This document shows positions 28,183 through 38,482 of a stretch of DNA of 64,000 nt, in pieces; the first letter of the stretch is position 1, and every line of letters begins with the position of its first letter. This DNA comes from Gammaproteobacteria bacterium (lineage in GTDB: Bacteria > Pseudomonadota > Gammaproteobacteria > Pseudomonadales > Porticoccaceae): positions 245 to 64,244 of the forward strand of contig JBKHWK010000001.1 of NCBI GenBank assembly GCA_046566625.1, given 5' to 3'. The position numbers and the translations under genes were made by a program. The notes under the pieces were generated by a model. It made no database searches. It was given only the letters and a program-made list of their open reading frames with translations, and was not told where the DNA came from.

Positions 28183-29217
28183 TCAGTTGTGGCTGTGCAA
28201 CGCTTCGTTCAGCGCCACCGCGGTCTGGTTGGTCAGGCACTCGACAGCCCCGGTCACCGAGTTGCGGCGAAACAGCAGATCCGAGCGGCCGGCGAGATCG
28301 CGGGCCTTGGCGGTGCCGGCCGGTTGCTGGCGGTCGTCCAGCAGTGACACCTTGGTGCCCGCAGTGACATAGAGCCCAGCCTCCACGGTGCAGCGGTCGC
28401 CCAGCGGGATACCGATGCCGGCGTTGGCGCCGATCAGGCATTCGCGGCCCACCGAGATCACCAGGTTGCCGCCGCCGGACAAGGTGCCCATGGTGGAGCT
28501 GCTGCCGCCGAGATCCGATCCGGCGCCGACGAACACGCCGGCGGAGATCCGCCCCTCGACCATGTTCGGTCCCTCGGTACCGGCGTTGAAATTGATGAAA
28601 CCTTCGTGCATCACCGTGGTGCCTTCGCCGAGATAGGCGCCCAGGCGCACCCGCGCGGTGTCGGCGATGCGGACACCGCTTGGCACCACGTAGTCCACCA
28701 GGCGGGGAAATTTATCGACGCTGTGTACGGTCAGCGCCCGATCCTGCAAGCGCGCACGCCATTGCTGTTGCGCCAGTTCGGCCAGATCGATCGCCCCCTC
28801 GCTGGTCCAGGCGACGTTGGGCAGGCGCCCGAAGATGCCGGACAGGTCAGTGGCGTGGGGGCGCACCAGGCGGTGCGACAGAAAATGCAGCTTCAAATAG
28901 GCTTCCGGCACCGAGGCGGGTGCGGCATTGGTCGCCAGCAGCGTGATCACTGGGGTCCGGGATGCGGCTTTCAGTTGGGCGGCCTGTTCGGCCAGCGCGG
29001 ATTCACCGGCGGCATCGAACACATTGCTGAGCCGCGTCAGCATGGGGATGTCCGCCTGAATCGCGGCGTTGCCACCCTCATAGTTGATCGCGCGCGCAAC
29101 GGCCGAGGTGAGCGCCACCGACGGATTGACGAGCGGATGGGGATAGAAGATTTCGAGCCAGTCGCCGCCGGCATTTTGGGTGCCGATGCCGAGGCCCAGG
29201 CCATAGAATTCCGCCAT
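28183..29217 (-). CDS. dapD: 2,3,4,5-tetrahydropyridine-2,6-dicarboxylate N-succinyltransferase (long form)
   Basis: 344 aa. Hexapeptide-repeat C-terminal half. The length and the neighbouring dapE/dapC match the Pseudomonas-type DapD. Confidence 0.85.
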   Translation of the reverse strand: MAEFYGLGLGIGTQNAGGDWLEIFYPHPLVNPSVALTSAVARAINYEGGNAAIQADIPMLTRLSNVFDAAGESALAEQAAQLKAASRTPVITLLATNAAPASVPEAYLKLHFLSHRLVRPHATDLSGIFGRLPNVAWTSEGAIDLAELAQQQWRARLQDRALTVHSVDKFPRLVDYVVPSGVRIADTARVRLGAYLGEGTTVMHEGFINFNAGTEGPNMVEGRISAGVFVGAGSDLGGSSSTMGTLSGGGNLVISVGRECLIGANAGIGIPLGDRCTVEAGLYVTAGTKVSLLDDRQQPAGTAKARDLAGRSDLLFRRNSVTGAVECLTNQTAVALNEALHSHN

Positions 29218-29242
29218 TGAGATTCTCCTGTGATCGCCCCGC

Positions 29243-29626
29243 TCAGGCGGAGCGGAAGATATGTGCGTAGGTTTCGGGACTGAAGCCGAGATAAATGCGC
29301 CCCGCCTGTTCCAGCACCGGACGTCGGATCAGGGTCGGGTGGGCAAGCAGCAGCTCCGCTGCGGTAGTTGCCGAGATCCCATCCCGGATTTTCGCATCCA
29401 GTTGCCGCCAGGTGGTCCCGCGCCGGTTGATGAGCTCTTCCCAGCCCAGTTCGACCAACCAGGGTTCCACTCGCGCGAGCTCCAGCCCTTGGCTGCGGAA
29501 ATCGTGGAAGCGATGGGCGATCCCCTGGTCGTCGAGCCAGCGTCGTGCCTTGGTGACCGTATCGCAGTTGCGGATGCCGTAAACAACAGGGGTGCCGCAA
29601 ACAACAGGGGTCACGCGCGAACTCAT
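29243..29626 (-). CDS. ArsC/Spx-family reductase (YffB-like)
   Basis: YGIRNCDTVTKARRWLDDQGI...HDFR is typical of the family. The N-terminus carries an in-frame 6-aa duplication. Start uncertain: ATG 29626, or TTG 29632 in the track. Confidence 0.75.
   Translation of the reverse strand: MSSRVTPVVCGTPVVYGIRNCDTVTKARRWLDDQGIAHRFHDFRSQGLELARVEPWLVELGWEELINRRGTTWRQLDAKIRDGISATTAAELLLAHPTLIRRPVLEQAGRIYLGFSPETYAHIFRSA
29576..29611. repeat. 18-bp in-frame tandem duplication (GCCG[T/C]AAACAACAGGGGT x2)
   Basis: Units 29576-29593 and 29594-29611 differ at one base. They encode TPVVCG-TPVVYG at the N-terminus of the ArsC-family protein. Confidence 0.9.
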
Positions 29627-29695
29627 CGACAAAAAGCGGCGGCCAGAATAGCAAATTCGATTGCCTGCGACAGCGGCCGCACCTGGGCCCGAGGC

Positions 29696-30349
29696 TCAGG
29701 CTTTGCGGGTTAGGAGCGGGTGTTTCCGGCGTGGATAACAGGTGCGGCAGATGTCGCAGCGGGTGCCGTCGCAACCGCGCGCGCTACAGTGCTCGCGGCC
29801 GTAATAAATGATTTGCAGGTGGAGATCGCGCCAGGACTCCTGTGGGAACAACTGCTTCAGATCGCGCTCGGTGCGTGCCACGTTGCTGCCGTCACTCAGG
29901 CCCCAGCGCTGCGCCAGGCGATGGATGTGCGTATCGACCGGAAACGCGGGATGCCCGAAGGCCTGGGACATCACCACGCTCGCGGTCTTGTGGCCGACGC
30001 CCGGCAGGCGTTCGAGGGCCGCGCAGCACTCGGGTACCGCGCCGTCGTGTTCCGTCACCAGGATGTGCGCCAGTTGCACGATCGCTTTGGCTTTTTGCGG
30101 CGCGAGGCCGCAGGTCCGGATCAGTTCGTGAACTTCTGCCACGGCGAGTGCCGCCATTTGTGCTGGCGTGTCGGCGCGTGCGAACAGTGCCGGCGTCACC
30201 TTGTTGACCCGGGCATCGGTGCACTGGGCCGACAGCAGCACCGCGATCAGCAGGGTAAAGGGATCGCGGTGATCGAGCGGAATCGGCGGGTTCGGGTACA
30301 GCTCCTGCAGGCGGGCGGCGATATAGCGCGCCCGTTCGATCTTGCGCAT
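29696..30349 (-). CDS. nth: Endonuclease III
   Basis: 217 aa. HhH-GPD region LPGVGHKTA and a C-terminal 4Fe-4S Cys cluster CSARGCDGTRCDICRTC. Its start shares one nucleotide with the dapC stop. Confidence 0.9.
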   Translation of the reverse strand: MRKIERARYIAARLQELYPNPPIPLDHRDPFTLLIAVLLSAQCTDARVNKVTPALFARADTPAQMAALAVAEVHELIRTCGLAPQKAKAIVQLAHILVTEHDGAVPECCAALERLPGVGHKTASVVMSQAFGHPAFPVDTHIHRLAQRWGLSDGSNVARTERDLKQLFPQESWRDLHLQIIYYGREHCSARGCDGTRCDICRTCYPRRKHPLLTRKA

Positions 30350-31545
30350 CAGCCGCTGGCCAGCAGGTGCCGGATGCGGATTGCCGCTTCACGACACTGC
30401 GCCAGCGGAGCTACCAGCGCGATGCGCACGCGGTGTTCACCGGGATTCACTCCGTCCGCGCCGGTGCGCGCGAGATAGCGGCCAGGCACCACGGTAACGT
30501 GCTGCTCGGCCAGCAGGCGGCGGGTGAAGGTCTCGTCGTCGATCGGCGTGCGCGGCCAGAGATAGAAACCGGCGTCGGGTCGCGCGACATCGAGATGCGC
30601 ACCGAGAATTTCCAGCACAGCGTCGAATTTCTCGCGATACAGCCGGCGGTTCTCCCGCACATGGGCTTCGTCGGCCCAGGCGGCGGCGCTCGCCAGTTGG
30701 GAGGGCAGCGACATGGCACAGCCGTGGTAGGTACGGTAGCGCAGGAACTGTTCGAGGATGTTCGCATCGCCCGCCACAAAGCCCGAGCGCAGTCCGGGCA
30801 GATTGGAGCGCTTGGACAGACTGTGAAATACCACGCAGCGGCGGAAGTCGTCGCGACCCAGTTCCGCGCAGGCCTGCAACAGACCCGGCGGCGGCCGATT
30901 CTCATCGCCATAGATTTCGGAGTAGCACTCGTCGCTGGCGATGATGAAGTCGTGTTCGTCGGCGAGCGCGAGGAGCTTTTTCAGGGTTGCGATGTTTGTG
31001 ACCGCGCCGGTCGGATTGCCGGGCGAGCAGATATAGAGCAATTGACAGCGTCGCCAGATCGCAGCCGGGACCGCGTCGTAATCCGGCGCGAGCCCGGTGG
31101 CGGCGGTGCAGGGCAGCAAGTGGGTGGTCGCACCGGCCAGCAACGCCGCGCCTTCGTAGATCTGGTAGAACGGATTGGGCATTACCACCAGGGCATCCGC
31201 GGTCGGGTCGATCACGCACTGGGCGAAGGCGAACAATGCTTCACGGGTGCCGTTGACCGGCAGCACTTCGCGCTCCGGATCGGGCGCCGCGTTGAGCGCG
31301 AAGCGGCGCTGGAGCCAGGTGCCGATGCCGGTGCGTAGTTCGGCGCAGCCCCGGGTGGCGGGGTAGGCCGCCAGTTGTTCCAGACTGTCGGCCAGCACCT
31401 GGCGGACGAAGGCAGGCGCAGCATGTTTGGGTTCACCCACCGACAGATCGATGGCGGCGAGCTCCCGCGGTGGGGTGACGCCGGCGAGCAGGTGCCGCAG
31501 TTTTTCGAATGGATAGGGCTGGAGCTGGCGCAGATGGGGATTCAT
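30349..31545 (-). CDS. dapC: Succinyldiaminopimelate transaminase (class I/II aminotransferase)
   Basis: 398 aa from MNPHLRQLQPYPFEKL. PLP-Lys region SLSKRSNLPGLRSG. Sits immediately downstream of glnD, as in Pseudomonas. Confidence 0.8.
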   Translation of the reverse strand: MNPHLRQLQPYPFEKLRHLLAGVTPPRELAAIDLSVGEPKHAAPAFVRQVLADSLEQLAAYPATRGCAELRTGIGTWLQRRFALNAAPDPEREVLPVNGTREALFAFAQCVIDPTADALVVMPNPFYQIYEGAALLAGATTHLLPCTAATGLAPDYDAVPAAIWRRCQLLYICSPGNPTGAVTNIATLKKLLALADEHDFIIASDECYSEIYGDENRPPPGLLQACAELGRDDFRRCVVFHSLSKRSNLPGLRSGFVAGDANILEQFLRYRTYHGCAMSLPSQLASAAAWADEAHVRENRRLYREKFDAVLEILGAHLDVARPDAGFYLWPRTPIDDETFTRRLLAEQHVTVVPGRYLARTGADGVNPGEHRVRIALVAPLAQCREAAIRIRHLLASG

Positions 31546-31576
31546 CGTTGAACCTGATAATGGACGAAACCGGAAG

Positions 31577-34288
31577 TCAGTCGCGCAGCGGCATTTCGCG
31601 CAGCACGTCGGTGGCGGCGATCTCCTCGCGATTGCGCTGATCCAGCTCGGCGCAGATCCGTGCGCGCAGTTGTTCGCAGAGATCCTGATCGCACAGCGGG
31701 AGGCCATCCGCCCGGGTGACGTAAAAACTGTCCTCGACCCGTTCGCCCAGGGTGGCGATCTTGGCGCTGTGCACGCTGAGCCGGCACTCCAGAAAAATCC
31801 GGCCCAGGTGCGCCAGCAGGCCGGGGCGATCGGGAGTCAGTACCATGATGCGGGTCTGGCCGTGCTCGTCGTTGTTGATGAAGGCGGCGGTTCCCGTGGT
31901 CAGCTGCTTGAGCTGGCGCGACACCCGGCGATTGGGCTTGGGCAGCGTATCCATGGGCTCGGTGAGGATGTCCCGCAGCGCGCGCGTGACCTGCCGGACC
32001 CGTTGGGTGTTGTCGGCAAAAGCCTGGCCGCTGTCGTCGAGGGCGTAGAACAGGTTCAGCGTGCGCCCTTCGCCCGGCGCATAGAGGCGCGCATCGACCA
32101 CGTTGAGGTTGAGCAGATCGAGGGCGGCGGCAATTTTCGAGAACACATTGTCGATACCGCTCGTATAAACGAACACGCGGGTCGCCGTGGCATCTTCGAC
32201 ACCGGCGTTTTCGAGATAGATGATGGGGTTTTTGCCTTCCTGTTCCCACACCTGTCGGGTGCAGCGGCTGATGGCCGAGGCTTTTTCCTTGAGAAAGAAA
32301 TCGTCGCTGATCGCACCCCAGATTGCGCGGCAGCGGGCTTCGGGAATGCCCTCGGCCGCGAGCAGTTCCAGTGCTTCGGTGCGCGAACTCTCGATCCATT
32401 CGAGACGATTGACCGGGTTTTCCAGCCCGCGCGCCAGGGCGTCGCGGGTGGCGAGATAGAGCTGCCGCATCAGCGCGCCTTTCCACTGATTCCACAGGGT
32501 CGGGTTGGTGGCATTCATGTCCGCCACCGTAAGCGTGAACAGATAATCGAGATGAATCTGGTCGCCCATCAGGCGCGCAAAGCGGTGGATCACATCTGGG
32601 TCGTCGATATCCTCGCGCTGCGAGGTGGCGGACATCAGCAGATGGTGTTCCACCAGCCAGGTGACCAGCCGTACTTCCTGCTCGCTGAAGTCGTGCCGGC
32701 GCGCGAACAGGGCCGCGTCGGTGGCGCCCAGCTGGGAGTGGTCGCCACCGCGGCCCTTGGCGATATCGTGGTAGAGCCCGGCGATAAAGAGCAGCTCCGG
32801 CTTGGGCAGGTTTTTGCACACATGGGAGGCGACCGGAAAGCGTTCGGCCTCGCTCTGATTGGCCAGGCGGCGCATGTTGCGGACCACCTGGATGGTGTGG
32901 GCGTCCACCGGATAGACGTGAAACAGGTCGTGCTGCATCTGGCCGACGATACGGCCGAACTCGGGCAGGTAGGCGCCCAGGATTCCATAGCGCGTCATGC
33001 GCTGCAGCTGGTTCGATAGGTTGCCCTTGCATTCGAGCAGGCGCACGAACAACGCGTGGTTGCGGGGATCGTCGCGGAACGCGGCGTCGATGCGCCATTG
33101 ATTGCCGAGAATCTGGCGGATGGTGGTCGAGCGCAAATCCAGGATCTCGGGGTCTTCGCCGAGCAGCACGAAGACTTCGAGCAGTGCCGAGGGTTCGCGT
33201 TCGAACACGTCCGGGGCGGTGGTTTCGAGGTGGTCGTTGCGAATCTGGAAGCGGTCGTTCAGCCGGGTTATGCGGGCCCCACGGCCGCTGTGGAGGATTT
33301 CTTCATCCAGGTATTGCAGCAGCATGTCGTTGAGGCGCCGCACCGTCATGACCGTGCGGTAGTAGCGCTGCATGAACTGCTCGACCGCGAGGCTCTGGGG
33401 AGTGTCCCGGTAACCGAACTGCTCCGCCAGACGGCGCTGGTGATCGAAGTACAGGCATTCCTCGGCGCGCCCCGCCAGCAGGTGCAGCCCGTAGCGCACC
33501 CGCCAGAGAAACTCCTCGCTTTCGCGCAGCTGCGCGAATTCCTCGCGGGTCAGCAGATCGCCGTTGGCGAGCGTCTCCAGCGAGGTAATGCCGAAGTGCC
33601 GACGGGCGATCCAGTGGATGGTCTGGATGTCGCGCAGGCCGCCCGGGGCTTCCTTGATGTTGGGTTCGAGGTTGTATTCGGTGTTGCCGTGGCGTTCGTG
33701 GCGCTCGCGCTGTTCGTCGCGCTTGGCGCGAAAGAAACGATGCGAGGGCCAGATTTTGTCAGGACCGGTTTTCGCCAGCATGGTCCGCTCCAGGACTCCG
33801 TTACCGGCGATCGTGCGGGTTTCCATCAGGTTGGTAGCCACCGTGATGTCGGCGCGCGCCACCCGGATGCAGTCGCCCAGGGTGCGCGCGCTGTGGCCTA
33901 TTTTGAACTGCAAGTCCCAGAGCGCGGCGAGAAATCCGGCAATGTTGTCGCGGTAGCGGTCGAGCCGGCGGCGCCCGGTCAGGATCAGCAGATCGATATC
34001 GGAGTGCGGGTGGAGTTCGCCGCGCCCATAGCCGCCGACCGCTATCAGCGCGATGTCATCGTCCCAGCTGAAGCGTCCCCAGACGGCGGCAACCACGCGG
34101 TCCATGAAGGCCGCTCTTTCGGCCACCAGCAGACGCACGGGTTCGCCGCCGCGGTAGCGCAGATCGAGCGACTCGCAGGCTTCCTGGACTGCCTTCCGGC
34201 AGGTCGGAAGGGATGCAGCGTGATCCAGACGCGCCGCCAGATCGGCGGTTACCGGTGAGCAGTCGAGACCGGGTTGACGCTGTGGCAT
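31577..34288 (-). CDS. glnD: [Protein-PII] uridylyltransferase/uridylyl-removing enzyme
   Basis: 903 aa from Met46 of the track ORF. Has a nucleotidyltransferase domain (GGYGRGELHPHSDIDLL), an HD domain and two C-terminal ACT domains. map-glnD synteny. Confidence 0.95.
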   Translation of the reverse strand: MPQRQPGLDCSPVTADLAARLDHAASLPTCRKAVQEACESLDLRYRGGEPVRLLVAERAAFMDRVVAAVWGRFSWDDDIALIAVGGYGRGELHPHSDIDLLILTGRRRLDRYRDNIAGFLAALWDLQFKIGHSARTLGDCIRVARADITVATNLMETRTIAGNGVLERTMLAKTGPDKIWPSHRFFRAKRDEQRERHERHGNTEYNLEPNIKEAPGGLRDIQTIHWIARRHFGITSLETLANGDLLTREEFAQLRESEEFLWRVRYGLHLLAGRAEECLYFDHQRRLAEQFGYRDTPQSLAVEQFMQRYYRTVMTVRRLNDMLLQYLDEEILHSGRGARITRLNDRFQIRNDHLETTAPDVFEREPSALLEVFVLLGEDPEILDLRSTTIRQILGNQWRIDAAFRDDPRNHALFVRLLECKGNLSNQLQRMTRYGILGAYLPEFGRIVGQMQHDLFHVYPVDAHTIQVVRNMRRLANQSEAERFPVASHVCKNLPKPELLFIAGLYHDIAKGRGGDHSQLGATDAALFARRHDFSEQEVRLVTWLVEHHLLMSATSQREDIDDPDVIHRFARLMGDQIHLDYLFTLTVADMNATNPTLWNQWKGALMRQLYLATRDALARGLENPVNRLEWIESSRTEALELLAAEGIPEARCRAIWGAISDDFFLKEKASAISRCTRQVWEQEGKNPIIYLENAGVEDATATRVFVYTSGIDNVFSKIAAALDLLNLNVVDARLYAPGEGRTLNLFYALDDSGQAFADNTQRVRQVTRALRDILTEPMDTLPKPNRRVSRQLKQLTTGTAAFINNDEHGQTRIMVLTPDRPGLLAHLGRIFLECRLSVHSAKIATLGERVEDSFYVTRADGLPLCDQDLCEQLRARICAELDQRNREEIAATDVLREMPLRD

Positions 34289-34304
34289 GAGGGCAGTAAC
34301 CGGG

Positions 34305-35078
34305 TTAGCGGAAGGTTTCGTCAGCGCGCGCGGTAAGGACTTCTGCTCCGGTTGCGGTGACGGCGATGGTATGTTCCCACTGGGCTGACAGGCGCCCGTC
34401 GCGGGTTTCCACGGTCCAGCCATCGGGCTTGAGCCGGGTGTGGTGCTTGCCGGCGTTGATCATGGGCTCGATGGTAAAGACCATGCCTTCCTCCAGCACC
34501 AGACCCGTACCCGGCTGACCATAGTGCAGAACCTGGGGGTCTTCGTGGAACTGCCGCCCGATGCCGTGGCCGCAGTACTCGCGCACGACGGAATAATAAT
34601 GGCTCTCCGCGTACTGCTGGATGACGTGACCGATGTCGCCCAACCGGCAACCGGGGCGCACCAGAGCGATGGCCCGATACAGGCACTCCCGGGCTATGCG
34701 CATCAGGCGTTCGGCGTGCTCGGGCACCTTGCCGATGCCGAACATCATGCTGGTGTCGCCATGAAAACCGTCCTTGATGACGGTGATGTCCATGTTGATG
34801 ATGTCGCCGCTCTTGAGCGCGCGCTGGGCCGATGGAATGCCGTGACACACCACCTGGTTGATCGACGTGCAGATGGATTTGGGAAAGCCGCGGTAATTCA
34901 GTGGCGCCGGGACGACGTGCTGGACGTTGACCATGTAGTCATGGCAGATGCGATCCAGTTCGGCTGTTGTGACGCCCGCCTCCACATGGGGTGCGATCAT
35001 TTCCAGCACCTCCGCCGCGAGGCGCCCGGCAACGCGCATCTGTTCGATTTCCGCCGGAGTTTTGATGCTGACGGCCAT
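34305..35078 (-). CDS. map: Type I methionine aminopeptidase
   Basis: 257 aa from MAVSIKTPAEIEQMRVAG. Blocks VCHGIP, DIINMDITV and GHGIG. Confidence 0.95.
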   Translation of the reverse strand: MAVSIKTPAEIEQMRVAGRLAAEVLEMIAPHVEAGVTTAELDRICHDYMVNVQHVVPAPLNYRGFPKSICTSINQVVCHGIPSAQRALKSGDIINMDITVIKDGFHGDTSMMFGIGKVPEHAERLMRIARECLYRAIALVRPGCRLGDIGHVIQQYAESHYYSVVREYCGHGIGRQFHEDPQVLHYGQPGTGLVLEEGMVFTIEPMINAGKHHTRLKPDGWTVETRDGRLSAQWEHTIAVTATGAEVLTARADETFR

Positions 35079-35186
35079 GGTCTGGACGTGGTCTGGGGAG
35101 GTCGGCAGTGTACCCGATGTCCCCTGTCGTGGTCGCTGTGACGTTAAGGGTCTGGTCACCCTTTACGCCACTTCGCCCCCTGTTTG

Positions 35187-35312
35187 TGGTATAAAGCCGA
35201 CCGCCGCTACGGCGGCAATCAACGCGCACTGTGCGCTAACGCCACACACATACCGGCACGTCGTCCTGGGTGCCCTGCGGGGTTGGACGATGGGGTATGT
35301 GGAGGTCCAACC
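35187..35312 (+). promoter_or_regulatory. Putative rpsB promoter/structured leader
   Basis: Extended -10-like TGGTATAAA at 35187-35195. An 8-bp-stem hairpin GGTTGGAC...GTCCAACC at 35281-35312 ends just upstream of the AGAGGA RBS. Confidence 0.35.
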
Positions 35313-35330
35313 CAAACCAGAGGAAAAACC

Positions 35331-36092
35331 ATGACCACTGTCAGCATGCGAGACATGTTGCAGGCGGGTGTCCACTTTGGCCACCAGACCCGCTACTGGA
35401 ATCCCAAGATGCGCCCTTTCATCTTCGGTGCCCGCAACAAAATACACATCATCAATCTCGAACACACGGTGCCTGCCTTCAATGGCGCTCTGGAGCAGGT
35501 GCGCCAGATCGCCGCGCGCGGCAACAAAATCGTTTTTGTCGGCACCAAGCGCGCCGCGCAAAATCTGATCAAGGAGCAGGCCGAGCGTTGTGGCATGCCC
35601 TATGTCAGTCACCGCTGGCTGGGCGGCATGCTTACCAACTACAAAACGATTCGCACCTCGATTCGGCGTTACCGCGAGCTGGAACAGCAACGCGACGACG
35701 GCACCTTCGACAAGCTCACCAAGAAAGAGGCACTCAACCGTACGCGCATGATGGAGAAGCTTGAGCGCTCCATCGGCGGCATCAAGGACATGGGTGGTTT
35801 GCCGGACGCGCTGTTCGTGATTGACGTCGACCACGAGCGCATCGCGGTCCAGGAGGCCAACAAGCTGGGCATCCCGGTGATCGGCGTGGTGGACACCAAC
35901 AGCGACCCGGATGGGGTTGATGTGGTGATTCCCGGCAACGACGATGCCATCCGCGCAATCAAGCTTTATGCCGAAGCGATGGCCAATGCGGTATTGCTGG
36001 GTCGGGCGGTGGCCTCTCCTGGTGGGGCGCGGGACGAATTCGTCGAAGTGATTGAGCCCGGCCTGGTCGAGTCCGGGGCGGTCGACAGCTGA
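35331..36092 (+). CDS. rpsB: 30S ribosomal protein S2
   Basis: [27 protein letters not shown] is the canonical S2 N-terminus. Confidence 0.97.
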   Translation: MTTVSMRDMLQAGVHFGHQTRYWNPKMRPFIFGARNKIHIINLEHTVPAFNGALEQVRQIAARGNKIVFVGTKRAAQNLIKEQAERCGMPYVSHRWLGGMLTNYKTIRTSIRRYRELEQQRDDGTFDKLTKKEALNRTRMMEKLERSIGGIKDMGGLPDALFVIDVDHERIAVQEANKLGIPVIGVVDTNSDPDGVDVVIPGNDDAIRAIKLYAEAMANAVLLGRAVASPGGARDEFVEVIEPGLVESGAVDS

Positions 36093-36103
36093 GCGAAGCG
36101 TCA

Positions 36104-36141
36104 ACCCCCGCAGTCGGGGTTGGGGCCTTGGCCCCTTTATG
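36104..36141 (+). terminator. Two tandem hairpins after rpsB (possible attenuator/terminator)
   Basis: AACCCC-7 nt-GGGGTT (36104-36122), then GGGGCC-TT-GGCCCC followed by TTTAT (36123-36141). Confidence 0.4.
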
Positions 36142-36282
36142 ATTCGCTTTGCTTTGCCACGGGTTGGGCGGAGTTTGGGTGGCATCACCTGATCGGAGCG
36201 AGCGGTTGATGCCGCACTGCCGCCGGCCCGAATTCGATCCAGATTACGACTAAATTCCCTGCGGGGATATGGAGACGATACC

Positions 36283-37149
36283 ATGACGACAATCAGCGCA
36301 GCGCTGGTGAAAGACCTTCGTGAACGCACCGGACTTCCCATGATGGAGTGCAAGAAAGCGCTTCAGGAGGCTGCTGGCGACATCGAAGCTGCGATTGAAA
36401 ATCTACGCAAATCGAGTGGCATGAAGGCCGCGAAGAAAGCCAGTCGTACGGCGGCGGACGGTGTAGTCACCGCGCGGATAGCGGCGGACGGCAGCTATGG
36501 CGTGCTGGTAGAGGTGAATTCGGAAACCGATTTCGTGGCGCGCGATGAGAATTTTCTCGGTTTTGTCGCTCGCGTGGCAGATCGGGTATTCGCCGAGCGG
36601 TCCGAGGATGTCGCAGCGATCATGATGGGTGAGCTGGAAGACGCACGCCAGGCGCTGGTGCAGAAAATCGGTGAAAACATCGGCGCGCGGCGCGCTCGGG
36701 TGCTGGAGGCAGCGGTGGTGGGTGACTATGTCCACAGCAACAACCGCATTGGCGTTCTGGTTGCACTCAGCGGTGGTTCGCGCGAACTGGCCCGTGACAT
36801 TGCCATGCATGTGGCAGCGGTCAACCCGCAGGTAGCCAAGCCCGAACAGATGCCGGCTGACCTGATCGCCAAGGAGCGCGAAATTTACGCCGCCCAGGCG
36901 CGCGAGAGCGGCAAGCCGGAAGAGATCGTGCAGAAAATGATCGCCGGGCGCGTGAACAAATTTCTGGCGGAATCCAGCCTGGTTGAGCAACCCTTTGTAA
37001 AGGATCCGGAATTGACGGTCGGCAAGCTGCTGAAAAACGCGGGTGCCGATATCGTGGGCTTCGTGCGGTATGAGGTGGGTGAGGGTATTCAGGTGGAGAC
37101 CACCGATTTCGCCGCCGAAGTGGCCGCCCAGGTGCAGGCTTCGCGCTGA
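36283..37149 (+). CDS. tsf: Elongation factor Ts
   Basis: [24 protein letters not shown] (UBA-like N-terminus). rpsB-tsf synteny. Confidence 0.97.
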   Translation: MTTISAALVKDLRERTGLPMMECKKALQEAAGDIEAAIENLRKSSGMKAAKKASRTAADGVVTARIAADGSYGVLVEVNSETDFVARDENFLGFVARVADRVFAERSEDVAAIMMGELEDARQALVQKIGENIGARRARVLEAAVVGDYVHSNNRIGVLVALSGGSRELARDIAMHVAAVNPQVAKPEQMPADLIAKEREIYAAQARESGKPEEIVQKMIAGRVNKFLAESSLVEQPFVKDPELTVGKLLKNAGADIVGFVRYEVGEGIQVETTDFAAEVAAQVQASR

Positions 37150-37183
37150 ACCGCCGCGGCCCTGACGGTCCCGAGCCAGCTTT

Positions 37184-37921
37184 GTGAGTACAGCATCCGG
37201 CAATCCCAGGTACGGTCGTATCCTGCTCAAGCTCAGTGGCGAAGAGTTGGTCGGCGACGCAGAATTCGGGCTGGATCCCGAAGTGCTTGACCGCACCGCG
37301 CGCGAGGTTGCGCAGTTGGTCGCGATCGGCGTGCAGGTGGGTCTGGTGCCGGGTGGCGGTAACCTGTTTCGCGGCGCCGCCCTGGCGGCGGCGGGGATGG
37401 ACCGGGTTACGGGCGACCACATGGGCATGCTCGCGACCCTGATGAACGCGCTTGCGCTGCGTGACGCGCTCGAACGCTGTGGCGTGTCGGCGCGGGTCAT
37501 GTCGGCGCTCGCCATGCCCGGCGTCGTGGAACACTATGAGCGGCGCCAGGCGATCGGTTATCTGGCGGCGGGTGAAGTAGTGCTGTTTGCCGCAGGCACC
37601 GGCAACCCGTTTTTCACCACGGACTCGGCGGCCTGTCTCCGCGCCATCGAAGTGGACGCCGATGTGGTACTGAAGGCGACCAAGGTGGATGGCGTCTACT
37701 CCGCGGATCCCGTGCGGGATCCCCAGGCCCGGTTCTATGGGCACCTTAGCTATGACCAGGTGCTGGACCGCAAGCTGGGCGTCATGGATCTTACGGCCAT
37801 CTGCCTGTGCCGGGATAATCGGATGCCGGTGCGGGTGTTCCGGATGTCGAAGCCGGGCGCTTTGTTGCGGATCGCACTGGGTGGCAGTGACGGCACCCTG
37901 ATCGGGGAGAGTGAAGAGTGA
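37184..37921 (+). CDS. pyrH: UMP kinase
   Basis: [21 protein letters not shown] and the [13 protein letters not shown] motif. Confidence 0.95.
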   Translation: MSTASGNPRYGRILLKLSGEELVGDAEFGLDPEVLDRTAREVAQLVAIGVQVGLVPGGGNLFRGAALAAAGMDRVTGDHMGMLATLMNALALRDALERCGVSARVMSALAMPGVVEHYERRQAIGYLAAGEVVLFAAGTGNPFFTTDSAACLRAIEVDADVVLKATKVDGVYSADPVRDPQARFYGHLSYDQVLDRKLGVMDLTAICLCRDNRMPVRVFRMSKPGALLRIALGGSDGTLIGESEE

Positions 37922-38475
37922 TCGAGGAACTGAAGACCGACGCCAATGAGCGGATGGAAAAGACGCTGGAAGCCCTGACCACTACCCTGGGAAGGCTGCG
38001 CACCGGGCGTGCGCACCCCGGGATTCTCGAGGGTGTCATGGTCGACTATTACGGCAACTCGACGCCGTTGCGGCAGGTCGCGAACGTCACCGTCGCGGAT
38101 GCCCGGATGCTGTCGATCACACCCTGGGAGAAGCAGATGGTGCGTGATATCGAGCGCGCCATCATCAATTCCGGACTGGGCCTCAACCCGGTAACCGCCG
38201 GCGATGTCATCCGCGTCCCGATGCCGGCGCTCACCGAAGAGACCCGGAAGGGTCTTATCCGGCAGGCAAAGGCTGAAGCCGAACAAACCCGGGTATCGGT
38301 GCGTAATATCCGGCGCGATGTGCTGGCCGATATCCGCGAGTTGTTGAAAGCCAAGGAGATCGGTGAGGACGACGAACGCCGGGCCCACGAAGACATCCAG
38401 CGGATAACGGATCGCCATATCGCCAAGGTTGATCAGCTGGTAGTCGAAAAAGAAAAAGATCTGATGGAAGTCTGA
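37918..38475 (+). CDS. frr: Ribosome recycling factor
   Basis: 185 aa. The GTG start overlaps the pyrH stop. [11 protein letters not shown] and a TEETRK-type sequence. Confidence 0.95.
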   Translation: MIEELKTDANERMEKTLEALTTTLGRLRTGRAHPGILEGVMVDYYGNSTPLRQVANVTVADARMLSITPWEKQMVRDIERAIINSGLGLNPVTAGDVIRVPMPALTEETRKGLIRQAKAEAEQTRVSVRNIRRDVLADIRELLKAKEIGEDDERRAHEDIQRITDRHIAKVDQLVVEKEKDLMEV

Positions 38476-38482
38476 CCCGCGG

